A DNA stretch of 20,000 nucleotides from Rozella allomycis CSF55 (lineage: Eukaryota): the NCBI GenBank assembly GCA_000442015.1, contig KE561209.1:366390-386389 (forward strand), read 5' to 3'. Positions 19,592 through 20,000 of the stretch are shown here, piece after piece. The notes under the pieces are model-generated. The model was not told the DNA's origin. It saw only the letters and a list, made by a program, of their open reading frames with translations, and did no database searches. Both the position numbers and the translations under genes were made by a program. Position 1 is the stretch's first letter. Each line of letters begins with the position of its first letter.

Positions 19592-19964
19592 ATGTCGCCA
19601 CCTGATTTGATACCTACCCATAAAGCTATCGCAGATAAATTCGCGTAATGTAGAAAAAGATTACTTATTCAGTGGTATAAATAGTTTAACCTTTTACAAA
19701 CGAGACGATTACGAAGCACTTCGCTTTGAGTGCCTGCGGGAAATGGACTGCGATTTGAAACCGCATAGCCAAGAATTTCGTGAGCTAGATAAAAAAGTTA
19801 AAGGTAACTTGCTAACGAAACCTCTTTCAGGTCTCGTAAGTCCACGGAAGATTGCAAATCAGACTTCCGAGTCGATTTGGGCTAGAGCGGATGCTGATGT
19901 GAGAGCAGTCGTTGATAAAGACGTTTTTGATTCTATTGCAGTCGCGGATATGGATACCAAATAA
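19592..19964 (+). CDS. Small hypothetical protein (about 105-114 aa), divergent from the cullin
   Basis: ATG at 19592 plus a 28-nt GT-AG intron (19645-19672) joins the 19743-19964 ORF frame. Possible stop-free 27-nt intron at 19804-19830. AATAAA overlaps the stop. No recognisable family. Confidence 0.55.
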
Positions 19965-20000
19965 ACATGTCTCGCTTGATTAAAGAATCGAATGAGGAAA

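Overview
AT-rich, gene-dense eukaryotic DNA in the standard genetic code. The protein families and compaction suggest an early-diverging fungal relative, possibly Rozella/Cryptomycota-like; this is inference and not checked. 765-3297 holds a degenerate Ty3/Gypsy retrotransposon (intact gag-protease ORF, broken RT/RNase H) that ends at an N-gap. The fragmented ORF track resolves by hand into nine spliced genes: METTL23-like(-), SLA2/HIP1(+), NSE4(-), RPS20(-), an RFTS-like/zinc-finger protein(+), synaptojanin-like Sac1+5-phosphatase(-), SSSCA1/ZNRD2-like(+), CUL3-like cullin(-) and a small unknown gene(+). The main signal is in RNA processing. Of 40 inferred introns, 39 are 26-30 nt with a floor at 26 and no consistent branch point or pyrimidine tract. 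Two of these appear to use non-AG acceptors (GT-TG, GT-CG). The single exception is a 59-nt AT-AC U12-type intron in the cullin. Three unrelated genes end in the identical 11-mer CATTGAATAAA, which fuses the stop codon with a poly(A) signal. All intron calls come from reading-frame and family-motif restoration, not from transcripts.
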